This document shows, piece by piece, positions 21,839 to 34,017 of a stretch of 64,000 nucleotides of DNA (within the stretch, counting starts at the first letter, position 1; every line of letters begins with the position of its first letter). The stretch is from Rebecca billardiae RCC1528 (lineage: Eukaryota; Protista; Haptophyta): assembly GCA_965240325.2 (NCBI GenBank), contig OZ251224.1:2046001-2110000 (forward strand), in the 5' to 3' direction. A program made the translations under genes and the position numbers. A model generated the notes under the pieces. The model saw nothing but the letters and a program-made list of their open reading frames with translations. It had not been told where the DNA came from and did no database searches.

Positions 21839-23930
21839 TGCGACCCGCCGCGGACACGCGCCGCGTTCCCGATGATATTGTATGATGTAAGAATACAGTA
21901 CCCCCATATTCAAATATTCGACGCACATGTCGTACAGTCTTACGACTTTATTAGGCGCTGGTGCGTGGTCCGGTCATCATCCCGACATTAGCATGTACAT
22001 CCCCCTCGACTTCTGCGGGCGTGGCCTCTACAGCATGCTGTAGCTACGTCCCTCTCAAGTGTCAGTGGCGCGTGCGTGGCCTCTGCATTCACTGCAGCCT
22101 CTTAGTGCTAGTGCTACGCCTTTGCTGTCCCATGGCTCGCCAGGCGGCGTCCGACAGCCAATGTGTTGACGACACCAAGTTGCCCTTGGGCTTGGGACCC
22201 TGACAAGAGTGACAAGGCTGAGCCCTGCTGAGGCGGACCCCCGGGGCCCCGCCGCTATGGGGAGTCACACTGGCAGTGCGTACAATCGGATTTATCGGGC
22301 CCGCACCGTTATTGGACACTGGCCTGCAGGCCCCTGGCCCTGCTGTCTCTGTCAGGCACCAGGCAGCCCCCCGAGGCGCAGGCTGCCGCCTTCCCATCAA
22401 GCTGAAGCTCAGCAGGATGGTGATGCCAGGACGACAGGCCCCTGGCCAAACTAGACACCGACTAGGCTAACCCTGACCCAGACAGACCCAGTCAAACAAG
22501 GCGAATGTGCCGACTGTACCCTATAGCGGCCAACTGCGCGGCTGGCAAGATCCTGCGCAACAGGGCACGCTACCCCCTGTGAGGAGCAGCAGGGAGAGGC
22601 GCTCAGCTGACACCTACCCAGGCGTGTTAGCTATCGCCACCACTCTACTCGCATTCCTTCTACTGTAAGCGGCCCACCCTGCCTTCATTCCATACTGTAG
22701 CTGAGCGGGTGAATCCATAATTCCATGCTCCTCACCGCCCGGGCCAGCTGCCTGGATCCCAGCCCAGCTGCTGGGCTCACTGACAGTCCCCGCTCCCTCC
22801 CCTCAGTCTCCGAGCTGGCTTACTGTACCCCCGCCCCCTCGGGAGGCGGGCTGTCCACAGTGGAGCTTGGTGTCAGGGCACTATGTGATACTATGTGTCT
22901 CAGTCTGGGGTTTGAGAGGTCGGGTGGGGGTGGTGGCTGGCTGGGGGCTGGCCAGTGCAGGGCTGGAGGCTTCGGCCGCCGGTCTGATCACCCGGAGCCC
23001 GGTTCTAAAGCGGAATTCATTACTGCTATTGTAAATAGTTGAACTACAATAGTAGCAGCAGCAGATGATGACAGTTGACATGAGCCTGTGAGCAATGGCT
23101 GGGTAATAGGGTATGCTACTCTAAAACACTACTATTGAGGAATAGACGCAGCTAGCTGAGGCTGAGATCGGTGCTTTCTGATAACTGTGCTCCGCTGTCC
23201 CGCGTGTGCGCGCCGCGTACTATACTACAGTATACTGTAGTCTGTAATGAGACTGAGAGTTCAATGAGTTCTTCTGAAGACCCGACGCCACGCTGCTGAC
23301 CGTTGTCACCACAGCGGCATGGCGCCCATGCGGATGACGATGGCACGACGCGACAGGCGCACATCGTCAGAGCAAGATACACGTAACATCGTCGTGATGG
23401 CATCACCACATGTACGAGTCATCTAGCCAGTGGCAGCAGGCCTTAGCAGTCGCGTGCGGCAGTGTCACTACTCAGCGTGCAGCTGCGTGGCGGTCGGCTA
23501 CTGAGTCGTAGTGATCATCACCAGAAATGAGCATTCAGAATGTTCGGCATCGTCATCAGCGCATGATGGGGGATCAAAACGATGACGTGCACTCGGCATT
23601 ATCAACCCTGTACACATGGTAGAGGTAGCCTTGTTGCCGTCTGCTAGTAACGATGTATCACACTCTGACGCGGACCGGCGAGACCGCGCATGGCAGTCGT
23701 GAGACGTCATACAACGCACGGTCAGTCCCTGACTGAGACCAGGAGACCGCCAATCCTTCTGACGGGGTGCCACGTGCACACAGGGGCAAGACTCAAACAC
23801 GAGACACGTGAAAAGAAGACTCAATAAGACGCGGCTTCACTTAACTTTCAAGTTGTCCGGGCGCGATCTGCTAGCGTCCATCCAACCGAGACGGGTTACT
23901 CTGAGAGCGCCTTGCACACAAGCAAACGCT

Positions 23931-24377
23931 TCAGCGCTTGAGCATGAGCTTCTTGGACATCGCCGAGACGTCGATATCTCCGAGAATGGAGTGCGTGATA
24001 TCGTGCATGGCTGCGTCGCTCAGGTTGTAGCGCTTCTTGAGTGTCTCTTCCTTCGCACGCGCCTCCCGTGAACGTTTGGTGCCGAGCTGGATGTTGCGGC
24101 GACGCAGCCACTCCGCGTTCTGCTTCTCCCAGTCGGAGTGTTTGTCGTCCTGCTCACGAGCCACGTCCAGGATCGGCTTCATCTTGTTCGCGAACGCGGC
24201 ATCAGTCGCCAGCTTCTTCTCGACGAGTTGGTCGATGTCCACCTTGCGATAGACGTAGTAGGCAGTGCCGTGGGCGCAGCGCGTGTCACTAGGCAGGCTC
24301 TCAAGGTCTTTGTGGGAGAGACTGTACTCCTTGAGCGCCTTCTTCTCGCTGATGACGTCCTTCGGGCCCCAGCTCAT
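23931..24377 (-). CDS. Hypothetical 148-aa protein, XPA C-terminal-like small domain
   Basis: Coding-like codon usage. VISEKKALKEYSLSHKDLESL...YYVYRKVDI resembles the XPA_C-type 'I.K..A...Y.L...DL' pattern; a second similar stretch is LKKRYNLSD. Confidence 0.5.
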   Translation of the reverse strand: MSWGPKDVISEKKALKEYSLSHKDLESLPSDTRCAHGTAYYVYRKVDIDQLVEKKLATDAAFANKMKPILDVAREQDDKHSDWEKQNAEWLRRRNIQLGTKRSREARAKEETLKKRYNLSDAAMHDITHSILGDIDVSAMSKKLMLKR

Positions 24378-24652
24378 GGTGGTGACGCGGTGCGTGTCGT
24401 GGGAGCTCGGTCGCCAGGTAGACGGTTGGCCTCACTGCGAAGCTTGTAAAAAAAGCGCGTTGAACAACTGCGCCGCGACCGCTCGCGCGAGCGTGTGGCC
24501 ACTGGTTTTTTATGTCGCGAGTTCATCGGCCGTTGCCCGTTGGCACTGTGGCAGCCTAGGCACCCGGACAAAAAGCAGAAGGGCCGGACGACCCCGTCTT
24601 TGGTTTGGAGCGGCACGAGGTGACAAGGGCCCCGCCGCATCGCCGTGACCTG

Positions 24653-26098
24653 ATGTCGCTCGCGCGCAACACCGCGCTCGGCCTTGCCGCTGGCGGCGTG
24701 TGCGTCGCGGCCTGGGTCCTCATCCGGCGTGCGGTGCGGCATCGGCACGCGCTGTGGCCGCTGCCCCGCAGGATACGCACGATTGCGCTCGACCTAGACC
24801 ACACGGTCGCGCGATATCACCCGCCTGCGCTGTACAGCCTCGTGCACGACTGCTGCGTCGATGCGCTGATCACGGATCACGGCTACCCCGAGTCGCTGCG
24901 CGTGCCGTACGACGCGTCGTGGTGCGCCATGAAGGGGCTCGTGCTCGACCTGGAGACCGGCGACTTCCTCTTGCTCGACGAGTACGGGACAGTGGCGCGC
25001 GCGCGCCACGGCTCATTGCCGTCAGGCACGCTCGACGCGGCGACGATCAAGGACCGCTACGGCGGGCCAGGGAAGGCCTGGCGGTGCGCTGAGGACCTCA
25101 CCAATGGCAAGCTCCGTGACTCGAGCTACTTCGCCTTCACGACCGGCTTCGACATCGGCCTCTCGCTCGTGTGCGCGCGGCTGGTCGACAGCGTGGACGC
25201 GAGCGCTAAAAAGGAGGGGCGTGCGCCCGTCTACGGCTTCATGCCTGACGTGCTGGCGGGGATGTGGAAGGCGTTCGGGCAGGACGCCTTCGCAGACGGC
25301 ACGGGCGGCTTCTTCAGCGCGCTGCGCGCCGAGCCCGCCAAGTACATCCCGCCGCGCCCGCGCGTGCGCGCGTGGCTGGAGCGGCTTCGCGCCGACGGTG
25401 TCAAGCTGATGCTCGTGACCAACTCACACGCGGACTTTGCGAGCTTCACGGCGAGGCAGGCGCTCGGCGAGGGGTGGGAAGGGCTGTTCGACGGGCTCGT
25501 GGCGAACGCGCGCAAGCCGCAGTTCTTCGGCTCCGAGGCGCCCTTCAGGGACGTCACCTGGCGCGAGGGCACGCCAACCGGACTCGCCGGCAGCCGTGAC
25601 GGCGAGCCACTCGCAGCACAGGATCGGCTGCCGCGCGGCCAATGGGTCGCTGGTGGCTCGAGCGCTGCGCTGGAGTCGGCGACGAACTGCCGCGGGCTGT
25701 CCGTCGCGTACGTCGGCGACCACTGCATGGGCGACGTGCGCCCTTCGCGTCTCGCCGGCTGGTACTCCATCGCGGTCGTCGAGGAGCTCGACGGCGGCCG
25801 CTTCCTCCTGCCCGCAGTCTGGGGTGGATCCTTCTGGTCGGCCGTGTCGATGCAGGGCGTGACGGACCTCTCCGTGCCGATGAGCTGGCTGGGCTTGTCG
25901 CTGCGCGCGCACTCGCACCTGATCATCGCCGACGTCGAGGCACTGGCCGATGGCCTCGGCGTGCACTGGGCGAACCCGATGCCTCCCAGGCCGCCTGCTG
26001 CATCGGCGCTGCTCCAGCTCGGCTTGCGCCGGTTCAAGTCCTCGCGCCGTCCAGACGGGCTTGCAGATTCTGATTCGTCCCACTCGCGCCGTCGCTGA
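24653..26098 (+). CDS. HAD-superfamily 5'-nucleotidase domain protein (NT5DC1-like)
   Basis: HAD motifs ALDLDHTVARY, KGLVLDLETG, LMLVTNSH, ARKPQFF, AYVGDHCMGDV and AVVEEL. Hydrophobic N-terminal anchor. Confidence 0.88.
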   Translation: MSLARNTALGLAAGGVCVAAWVLIRRAVRHRHALWPLPRRIRTIALDLDHTVARYHPPALYSLVHDCCVDALITDHGYPESLRVPYDASWCAMKGLVLDLETGDFLLLDEYGTVARARHGSLPSGTLDAATIKDRYGGPGKAWRCAEDLTNGKLRDSSYFAFTTGFDIGLSLVCARLVDSVDASAKKEGRAPVYGFMPDVLAGMWKAFGQDAFADGTGGFFSALRAEPAKYIPPRPRVRAWLERLRADGVKLMLVTNSHADFASFTARQALGEGWEGLFDGLVANARKPQFFGSEAPFRDVTWREGTPTGLAGSRDGEPLAAQDRLPRGQWVAGGSSAALESATNCRGLSVAYVGDHCMGDVRPSRLAGWYSIAVVEELDGGRFLLPAVWGGSFWSAVSMQGVTDLSVPMSWLGLSLRAHSHLIIADVEALADGLGVHWANPMPPRPPAASALLQLGLRRFKSSRRPDGLADSDSSHSRRR

Positions 26099-26202
26099 CA
26101 AAGCCTTATCCACACCGCCAGCCGCCTGACGGACTGCCGTCGTCCCGATATATACATAGCGCTATATATATTCATCACAGTGAGTTCTACTGTTCTCAGT
26201 TC

Positions 26203-27540
26203 TGGTCAGCCCGCGGTGCAGGGCGGAGCGCGCTAAGCGTGGAGCCCGCAGTGCGGGCCCGAACCACGTTTCAAAAAGATCTTTGATCAAATAAGAAAAA
26301 AGGGCCCGGGGCCGGGGCGATTTTCAGGGAGGTGGAGACCGAGTTTCGATTTTTTGAGACCGCATAGAGATTAGAGACCAAGGGCCTTGTAGAGACGTTC
26401 ATTCGGCGAGAAAAGACCGTGCCCACGATATTCCCTAAGTAAAGTGCGATCTGCGTGTGAGCCGGACGTGACTTTAACGTAACGGTTCGTTACGAGCGAA
26501 TCGTATTCGTCGTCCCGGATCGCGTGACTGACGTCCGGACTGGCCACATCCGGATCGGAGCGGTGACGTGCCCGGCGCACGATGGCGGATGGGACCAACC
26601 CCTGGCTGCCAGCGCGCCTGCACGTGCCTCCGGACCCGCCTCCGCTTGCTGCTCACGCAGTCAGCTGCGACCGTGGCGCATGATCGCAGAAGCAGTGCCG
26701 GCAGTACGGCCTGCATCAGCTAGTGCCGCGCCGTCGTGGCGCGCGCGGTAGTTGCGTTTGCAGGCGGCTCGCCGCTCGGCGACGGCACGCGCGTGCGGCT
26801 CAGGAGTCAGGTGTGTCAAATGCGGTCTCGTCGGCGCGCTTTCGCCTGCCACCTCGTGCACCCGTGCCGCCAGCTTCATCGTCTTCATGAGGACTGCTGC
26901 TGCTGTCGCCATCCGCTCTCCATCACCCCGAGTCGCGCGGCGCGCGCAGTAGCAGGGCGTACGGTCACTCCGCCCCCGTGCAACGGGTCAAGTGGCCAGA
27001 GTACGTCTGGTCGTCGTTGGCTGGCACGGGCCGCAGCGCTAAAGCACCCTGCTGTCACACCCGACTCCTTCAGTACTCCGAGCTCCGCGGCACGACTCAC
27101 TCGGCACGATCGCGGACGGGTCGGATCCGTCGATCCGAGCTGATCAGCCATCTGGAGTTGGACAGTTTGGCAGCTAGTAAAAGTTGTCAGACGGACGTCC
27201 GATGCCGATGGCACGATGGCGGACGGGTCGGATCCGAGCTGATCAGCCAGTTGGACATTTGGCATCAGCTAGTTGTCAGACGGACGTCCGATTTGACGGG
27301 TGCCGGGCCCGGGTGCGGTCTCAGGTCCGCTCCTGTGATTGTGTGAAGTGTGAATGAGTCTCGCGGGATCGCAGGCAGGGCGACGGTCGGACTATTAGTT
27401 CTAAGACTGTACTCTTCAGTCATCTCAGAACCGACTTCAACTGGCGAACTGCCACTACGGCAGAGAGCCACGATTGCACGGCCACCGCGTGCCCCCAACT
27501 GCGTTGATTCTATGCAGAAAAGGACCGCGGAACGCGGTCA
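26203..27540 (+). mobile_element. Asymmetric-end non-autonomous element, copy C (~1.34 kb)
   Basis: 5' tggtcaGCCCGCGGTGCAGGGCGGAGCGCG (extreme end degenerate)...AAAAAGATCTTTGATC. 3' AAAAGGACCGCGGAACGCGGTCA|T. Colinear with copy D. Confidence 0.85.
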
Positions 27541-27576
27541 TCTAATAAGCGCTGTAGCAGTAGCATGTATACATAG

Positions 27577-30500
27577 TGTTGTATTAATCCCGAATTTCCT
27601 CCGTGCACGATTTCTTTTCCTTTCCAGGCGCTTGGATCCAACCGCCAGGAGAGGTCGAGTCCCAGGTACTACTCGCTGTCGTACCTGCCCTCCCTGTGAA
27701 CCAGCGCGAGCGCGCTCGGCCCCTAATCCTATTGCTTTCGCCGCTGCCCGCAGGCGAACGCAAGCCGCCGGTTACGTATATACGTTTTCCCCCGGCGCTA
27801 TTGGTCTAACGACCGGCCTATCAGTTTACTGGTGGCCGCCGTTTGCCCTTGACGTTGACTTGTGACCCGTGTGGGACGACTCCCGCACCGCCCGCTCGTC
27901 CGCACGGACGACGCTGCTGACGACGTCCGCAGGGACACTGTGATAAGCCCCTGCGTGACCGGGGAACTGGTAAGGCGGAATAAACATCATGAGCTCACGC
28001 GTGTGAACCCACGTACCACCGGGCATGGCCCACCCAACCGGTCGCAGCGTCGCGGGTGTCGCGACGAACGCGCGGGCAATGATGCTCGCGTGCAGCGCGC
28101 TCTGCATTGAGCAGCCGAGTGAAAGCGCGCAGACGAACCAGATGCCCACGCACGGCGTGGTGTACGAGTTCGGTGACTACCAGAAGGACATCCGTTACGC
28201 AACCTCGAATGTCCTCCGCCTGCAGGGCGGCTGCACGCGCGGTACGAACCGCGCGAGCATTGACGTGCCCGCGTGTGGCACGACTTGCGGTGACGACACC
28301 GCGGCGGGGGCCTGGATGGTCCTCGTGATCGACAACGTCGAGCACGAGCTCGATGATGATGGGAAAGGAGACGATCCATACCCTTCACGGCATCCGCTGA
28401 GGCCGATGCTGCGAGCGCCCCGAACATCCTCACGAGAGGACAGCTGGACTGGGCGCGAGGTGCTGCTCGATGACGGGCAGCAGCAGGTGATACACTCAAA
28501 GGACGTGTACATCATTGATGAGCGGTCGCTGGTCGAGGGGAGGCACACTCCGTTCGCGACCAGCGATGACAGTGCCGAGCCCGAGACTGAGCTGGGAGAC
28601 GCCGCTGACGGCGAGCTCACCGGCGAGGGCGACGAGCATTTTGAGATTGAGGACGGCGCGGCCGATGACGGCGGCGCTGCTGCTCATGACGACGGTGGCG
28701 CGGCGAGCGAAGCTGCGCGACCGAGCGCCGACGGCGATGACGCCGGAGGCGATGACGACGCACGAGCTGGTGAGTCCGCGGCGCCCGAGCTGCCGCGCGA
28801 CTACGACCCGATGCGACGAGACCGAGCGAGGCGGAGCAGACCCGCCGCGCAGACGGTGCAGGCTGTGACCGAGGCAGCGTTCCAGGCCGCGGGCGAGGAA
28901 CCTACCAAGGAGAACAGCTTCGAGGCATTCGCTGCGACGACGATCGCGCGGATGAATGGTGTGCCGATCACCATCCCCACGACGTGGGACGAGGCGATGA
29001 AGTCGCCCGAGGCCAAGTTCTGGATGCAGGCCTGCCACGACCACCTCGACGCGCACGGCGTGAGACACACGTTCTTCGAGGTGATTGTGCCGGACAACAC
29101 GAGGACGATTCCTGTCAAGTGGGTGTTCGACGTGAAGACGCTTCCCGATGGCGAAGTGATCAAGTTCAAGGCGCGGCTGGTAACCCAGGGGTTCCGCCAG
29201 CGCGAGGGCATCGACTTCAATGAGGTGTTCGCCCCGACGATACGACCAGAACAGCTGCGGCTGATGCTCGCGGTCGCGCTCAAGGCCAAAGGCGTCTCGA
29301 TGACGGACGCGGCGAGCGCCAAGATCGTGGAGATGCGACCCGCCGACGTGCGGCACGCATACCTGAACAGCGACCTGCCGGAGGGCGAGGAGGTGATGAC
29401 ACCGCTCCCGCCTGGCTACACCCCGAAGAGCTCGACGCCGCTCGGCTCGAAGGTGGTCGCGAAGTTTGTGAAGGCGCTCCCAGGCATGCGCCAGGCCGGG
29501 CGCGTGTGGTACCTACACTTGCGTAAGTGTTTGCTCGAACATGGGTTCGAGCCGTGCCCGAGCGCGCCGTGCATCTACTCGAAGGCAGTCGATGGCGGCT
29601 ACGTGTTCGTCGGTCACTTTGTCGACGATCTGCTGATGATGAACATCTCGAAGGACAAGAACGCGTTGGACGCGCTGATGACGGCGTTGCTGACGCACTA
29701 CGAGATGCAGGGCGCGGACTGCCTGAGCAAGTTCCTTGGCGCCGAATTTGAGACCACGGTGGACGGACTTTTTACCCACCTGAACCAGTACACCGGTGAT
29801 GTGTGCGAGCGCTTCCACCTGAGTGGAGAGCGCCACCCACCGACCCCCGAGTGCAGCGAGACGCGCGAGATCCCCCGCCCGCTGCAAGCCCTCCTGCTGC
29901 GCGCTGACCGCCAGCACTACCAGGAGATGACCGGTGCCCTCATGTACTGCATGACGACGTGTCGCCCCGACATCGCACACGCTGTGAACATGCTGGCACG
30001 CCGGATGTCCAATCCCCGGCTCTACGACTTGACCGCCGCGAAGCGCACGCTCCGATACTTGCTCGGCACGCGTCGGCGCGGCATCCTCTTCCGGCACGCG
30101 ACGCACGCACAACACCCTGATTTGGTGGCGTACGCGGACTCGGACTGGGCGAACGATCGTGAAGATCGACGTTCTACGACGGGATACCTTGTTATGTACA
30201 ACGGGGTTCCGATCTCGTGGCACAGCGGACTGCAGAGCGTGGTCGCGTTGTCTACGTGCGAGGCGGAGTACATCGCGCTGAGCGAGTGCTGCCGCGAGGT
30301 GATCTACCTGCGCGACCTGGTCACGTTTTTGAACGAGCCGGTCGTGGAGCCCACGACGGTGATCTACGAGGATAACCAGGGCACGATCGATTTGACGAAC
30401 AACCCGGTGCACCACAAGCGCACCAAGCACATTGACGTGAAGTACCATTTCACGCGGCGCGCGCAAGCCGACGGCGCCGTGCTGATCCAGAAGGTGTCGA

Positions 30501-31037
30501 CCGACGACAACCGGTCCGACATCATGACCAAGGCTACCGCGACGAGTACTTTTCTCAAGCACGTCGTGGCGATACTGCATGCTGTTCCACCACCTCCGCC
30601 GCCTTCGGCATGATGTCGAGGGGGGGTGTTGTATTAATCCCGAATTTCCTCCGTGCACGATTTCTTTTCCTTTCCAGGCGCTTGGATCCAACCGCCAGGA
30701 GAGGTCGAGTCCCAGGTACTACTCGCTGTCGTACCTGCCCTCCCTGAACCAGCGCGAGCGCGCTCGGCCCCTAATCCTATTGCTTTCGCCGCTGCCCGCA
30801 GGCGAACGCAAGCCGCCGGTTACGTATATACGTTTTCCCCCGGCGCTATTGGTCTAACGACCGGCCTATCAGTTTACTGGTGGCCGCCGTTTGCCCTTGA
30901 CGTTGACTTGTGACCCGTGTCGGACGACTCCCGCACCGCCCGCTCGTCCGCACGGACGACGCTGCTGACGACGTCCGCAGGGACACTGTGATAAGCCCCT
31001 GCGTGACCGGGGAACTGGTAAGGCGGAATAAACATCA
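27577..31037 (+). mobile_element. Ty1/Copia LTR retrotransposon, internally deleted (RT-RNaseH only)
   Basis: LTRs 27577-27989 and 30627-31037 (TG...CA; differ by a 2-bp indel and 1 substitution seen). 5-bp TSD CATAG on both sides. PPT GAGGGGGGG at 30618-30626. Confidence 0.95.
28025..30613 (+). CDS. Copia pol remnant: integrase C-terminal tail, reverse transcriptase, RNase H
   Basis: VIHSKDVYIIDE, KWVFDVK, FKARLVTQGFRQREGIDF, HFVDDLL, CRPDIAHAV, YADSDWA, STCEAEY, YEDNQG, KHIDVKYHF, DIMTK. Confidence 0.93.
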   Translation: MAHPTGRSVAGVATNARAMMLACSALCIEQPSESAQTNQMPTHGVVYEFGDYQKDIRYATSNVLRLQGGCTRGTNRASIDVPACGTTCGDDTAAGAWMVLVIDNVEHELDDDGKGDDPYPSRHPLRPMLRAPRTSSREDSWTGREVLLDDGQQQVIHSKDVYIIDERSLVEGRHTPFATSDDSAEPETELGDAADGELTGEGDEHFEIEDGAADDGGAAAHDDGGAASEAARPSADGDDAGGDDDARAGESAAPELPRDYDPMRRDRARRSRPAAQTVQAVTEAAFQAAGEEPTKENSFEAFAATTIARMNGVPITIPTTWDEAMKSPEAKFWMQACHDHLDAHGVRHTFFEVIVPDNTRTIPVKWVFDVKTLPDGEVIKFKARLVTQGFRQREGIDFNEVFAPTIRPEQLRLMLAVALKAKGVSMTDAASAKIVEMRPADVRHAYLNSDLPEGEEVMTPLPPGYTPKSSTPLGSKVVAKFVKALPGMRQAGRVWYLHLRKCLLEHGFEPCPSAPCIYSKAVDGGYVFVGHFVDDLLMMNISKDKNALDALMTALLTHYEMQGADCLSKFLGAEFETTVDGLFTHLNQYTGDVCERFHLSGERHPPTPECSETREIPRPLQALLLRADRQHYQEMTGALMYCMTTCRPDIAHAVNMLARRMSNPRLYDLTAAKRTLRYLLGTRRRGILFRHATHAQHPDLVAYADSDWANDREDRRSTTGYLVMYNGVPISWHSGLQSVVALSTCEAEYIALSECCREVIYLRDLVTFLNEPVVEPTTVIYEDNQGTIDLTNNPVHHKRTKHIDVKYHFTRRAQADGAVLIQKVSTDDNRSDIMTKATATSTFLKHVVAILHAVPPPPPPSA

Positions 31038-31071
31038 CATAGTCAGTTAGTAAACTCGACTCGGTATTAAT

Positions 31072-31293
<222 letters not shown>

Positions 31294-31498
31294 TGCGTAT
31301 TCACAGACTGATTCACAGTACGACGCAGAATCACTGATCACTAATAAATTATAAGCCAGTGACCGTTGCCCGTTCAAAGTATAGCAATCAGAAAGTGGCC
31401 ATCAAACTGTCACCGCCAGCGCGGCAGTGAGGAAGCATTTGATCGGACAACAACTGAGGATATGGGTGCATCGGTCCTGGACCGTAGTCTGAATGTCG

Positions 31499-33345
31499 TC
31501 AGTTGGCTGGTCGGAAGAGGTGGAAGCCGTCCTCGGCTGTGCTGATGACCACGCCGGGCATCTGCGGGTGCCAGTGGAGCTCCTTCATATTGCTCTGTCC
31601 CTGGTGGACGAAGTACAGCTGAGCCGGGATGTCGGCGAGATCGTCTCGTCCTTTCTCGATCTGCTTCGCCTCGGGGTCGTCCTCCAGCGCGAGGTCCCAC
31701 AGAGTGAGCTGGTTGTCGGCCCCGGCGACTGCTATTGATGAGCTCTCGTTCGGGTTCCTGCGCGCGGGCGCGCGCAGAGCGCAAGGTGAGGAGCACGCCG
31801 CGCGCGGGTGGTGCGGGCTGCAATGCGATCGGCACGCTCACCATTCGACCGAGGTGATCGGCGCTTTGTGCCACGTGAACGAGGCGACCGGCTCGCCCGA
31901 GCGGAAGGTGCGCAGGTCCCAGATCTTGATCGAGCCATCGTCCGCTCCCGAGACGAGCAAGTAGGAGACCGACGTGTTCCACGAGATCACGTTGGCATCG
32001 GTCGCGTGCGCCTTGACGCTGAGGGCCATGCCGTCGCGCTTGCGCACGTCCCAGATGGCCACACGGGTGTCCGCGGAGCACGACGCGAACACCGTCGGCT
32101 CGACGGGGCTCCAGGCGATGTCCTGCGAGCGAGGGGGCGCGCGCGCGCGCACAGCGGAAGGGCCAGCACGCGAGTGAGTGGCCGCGCGCCGTCATGGTCA
32201 CAGGCGGTGTGGAAGCGGCGTTTTGGAAGGCCCGCCCAGTGGAGTTCGAGCGCGGGCCTAACGAGAATAACCGCGCGTGCTGTTGCTGCCCGTATGTTGA
32301 GTGGCATGGCATATGAGAGGCCGTGCCCTCGACCGTCGTGACAGCGAGTGTGTGAGCGGCGCGCGCGGGCGGAGGGCGGGGCCGTGCCATCGCAGCAGCA
32401 CACCTCCACTGAGGCCTCATGGCCAAGGTAGGGCGCGGCATCCACGGTCCACGTGCCCGCCGGCGAGGCGGACCACACGTGGATCCGCTTGTTGCACGAG
32501 CCCGTCGCCAAGCGCCCAGCCACCACCCGCGAGAAGTCGACCGCGTACCCCTCGTCACCGTGCCCATCGAAGGTGAAGAGCGGGGGCGGCGCGCTCACCT
32601 TGGCGCGCGCCGGCTCGGCGAGCGCGCCATACACTGCGCTCAGATCCCACAGCTGGACAGTTCCTCTGTCCGACCACGTCGCGCAGACGGAGGGCTGCTG
32701 AGGCATGAGGCACAGCCTGTTCACCGTGCCCTCGTGCTTCACCGCGCGATGCTCCATCAGCGGCTCCTCGTCGACCTCGTCGTCGTCGTCGTCCATGTCG
32801 TCGTCGTCGTCGTCGTGCTTCACGCGGCCGAGCTTGGAGAGCCTCATGCACAGCAGCTTGTTGTCGGAGGGCTGCGAGGCCTGCGTGCCCGCCACGAGTG
32901 TCGCTCCGAAAGGCGGCTTGGTGCGCGCATTCCCGAGCTCGTCCGGCACGATGGCGAACGAGAGGCACGGCCAGTCAGCATGGAACGAGTGCATCACGTC
33001 ATACGCGCTCGGGTCGAAGTCGAGCTCCTCGCCCGGCTGCAGGGAGTCCACGCCAGGGCGCCAGACCTGCGAAGGGCCAGTGTCGGCGTCATCGGCGTCG
33101 CCATCCGCCAAGCGCTGCGCCGCGAAGCCCGATGGGCCAGCATCACCCGAATCGGCGAGCACGGCGCCATCCTCGTCGTCGTCGTCGTCGTCCGCCGCCA
33201 ACACCTCCTCCTCCTCCTCGAACTCGTCCTCGGCCTCGTCCTCAAAGTCCAGGTCGTCCACCAGCTTCAATGGTGGCTCAGCCGCCTCGCCTTCGACCTG
33301 CATGGCCGCCCCGGCAGCATCCTTGCGCCCCTTTTTCTGCTTCAT
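31499..33345 (-). CDS. GRWD1: Glutamate-rich WD-repeat protein GRWD1/Rrb1; exons 33345-32404, 32122-31842, 31757-31499
   Basis: Acidic N-terminus, LDFDPSAYDVMH, WPCLSF, VAGTQA, EGYAVDFS, GHEASVE|DIAWSP, WHKAPITSVEW|NPNE, PAQLYFVHQGQSNMKELHWHPQMPG. GT-AG introns restore the frame. Confidence 0.92.
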
Positions 33346-34017
33346 GGCCGCTCTCGGCGCGCGCCACGGCCCCGCTCACGTGCCCAGGGCTGGCTACGCG
33401 GGCGCCAGTTTGTCGTCGTCGTCGCCGAATTATTTATTGTTCATCAAGAATACGCGGCCCGCCATTAATGTGCTCGATTTCCGATAATTTTGGAACAGCT
33501 GCTGTCGACTTCAGACTGCCCCTGCGCGTGAGTGTCGCGGCGCGGCCGGCGCGCGACAGCATTGCGGCTTCAGATCACTGCACGACGACTAGCGCGCGGC
33601 GCCTCCAGTGCCTATGTTAAAGTCCTCTGACCGACGAAGAATATAGGGATGGACCCGACGCCGCCTCTTAGCGAGACGGCTGGCTACTCCCTGAGAGACA
33701 CTCTCAATGTTAGTCACAGTCTTCGGAATAGTTCAATTTCTGAAAGAGCCTTAATCCTTATTAGAGGAATTTAGACGGTCCGGAGACCGTACCGTATAGG
33801 TGGCTGTAACAGATACGACTGCTCGTATGGTCCGCTATTCGCTGGGCGACGCCGCCCGGCGACGTCAGCGCTGACTCAGCTGACACGGGCCACGGCCTAG
33901 CGGGCCGTTCAATGACAGCATGTCATCCGGAAGCACAACGGAGACCCATGGCGCAGATCGCTCCTCGCCCGCGGGCGACAGCTACCGCGTGCGCCTCGCT
34001 CGCGAATGCTTTTGGCA

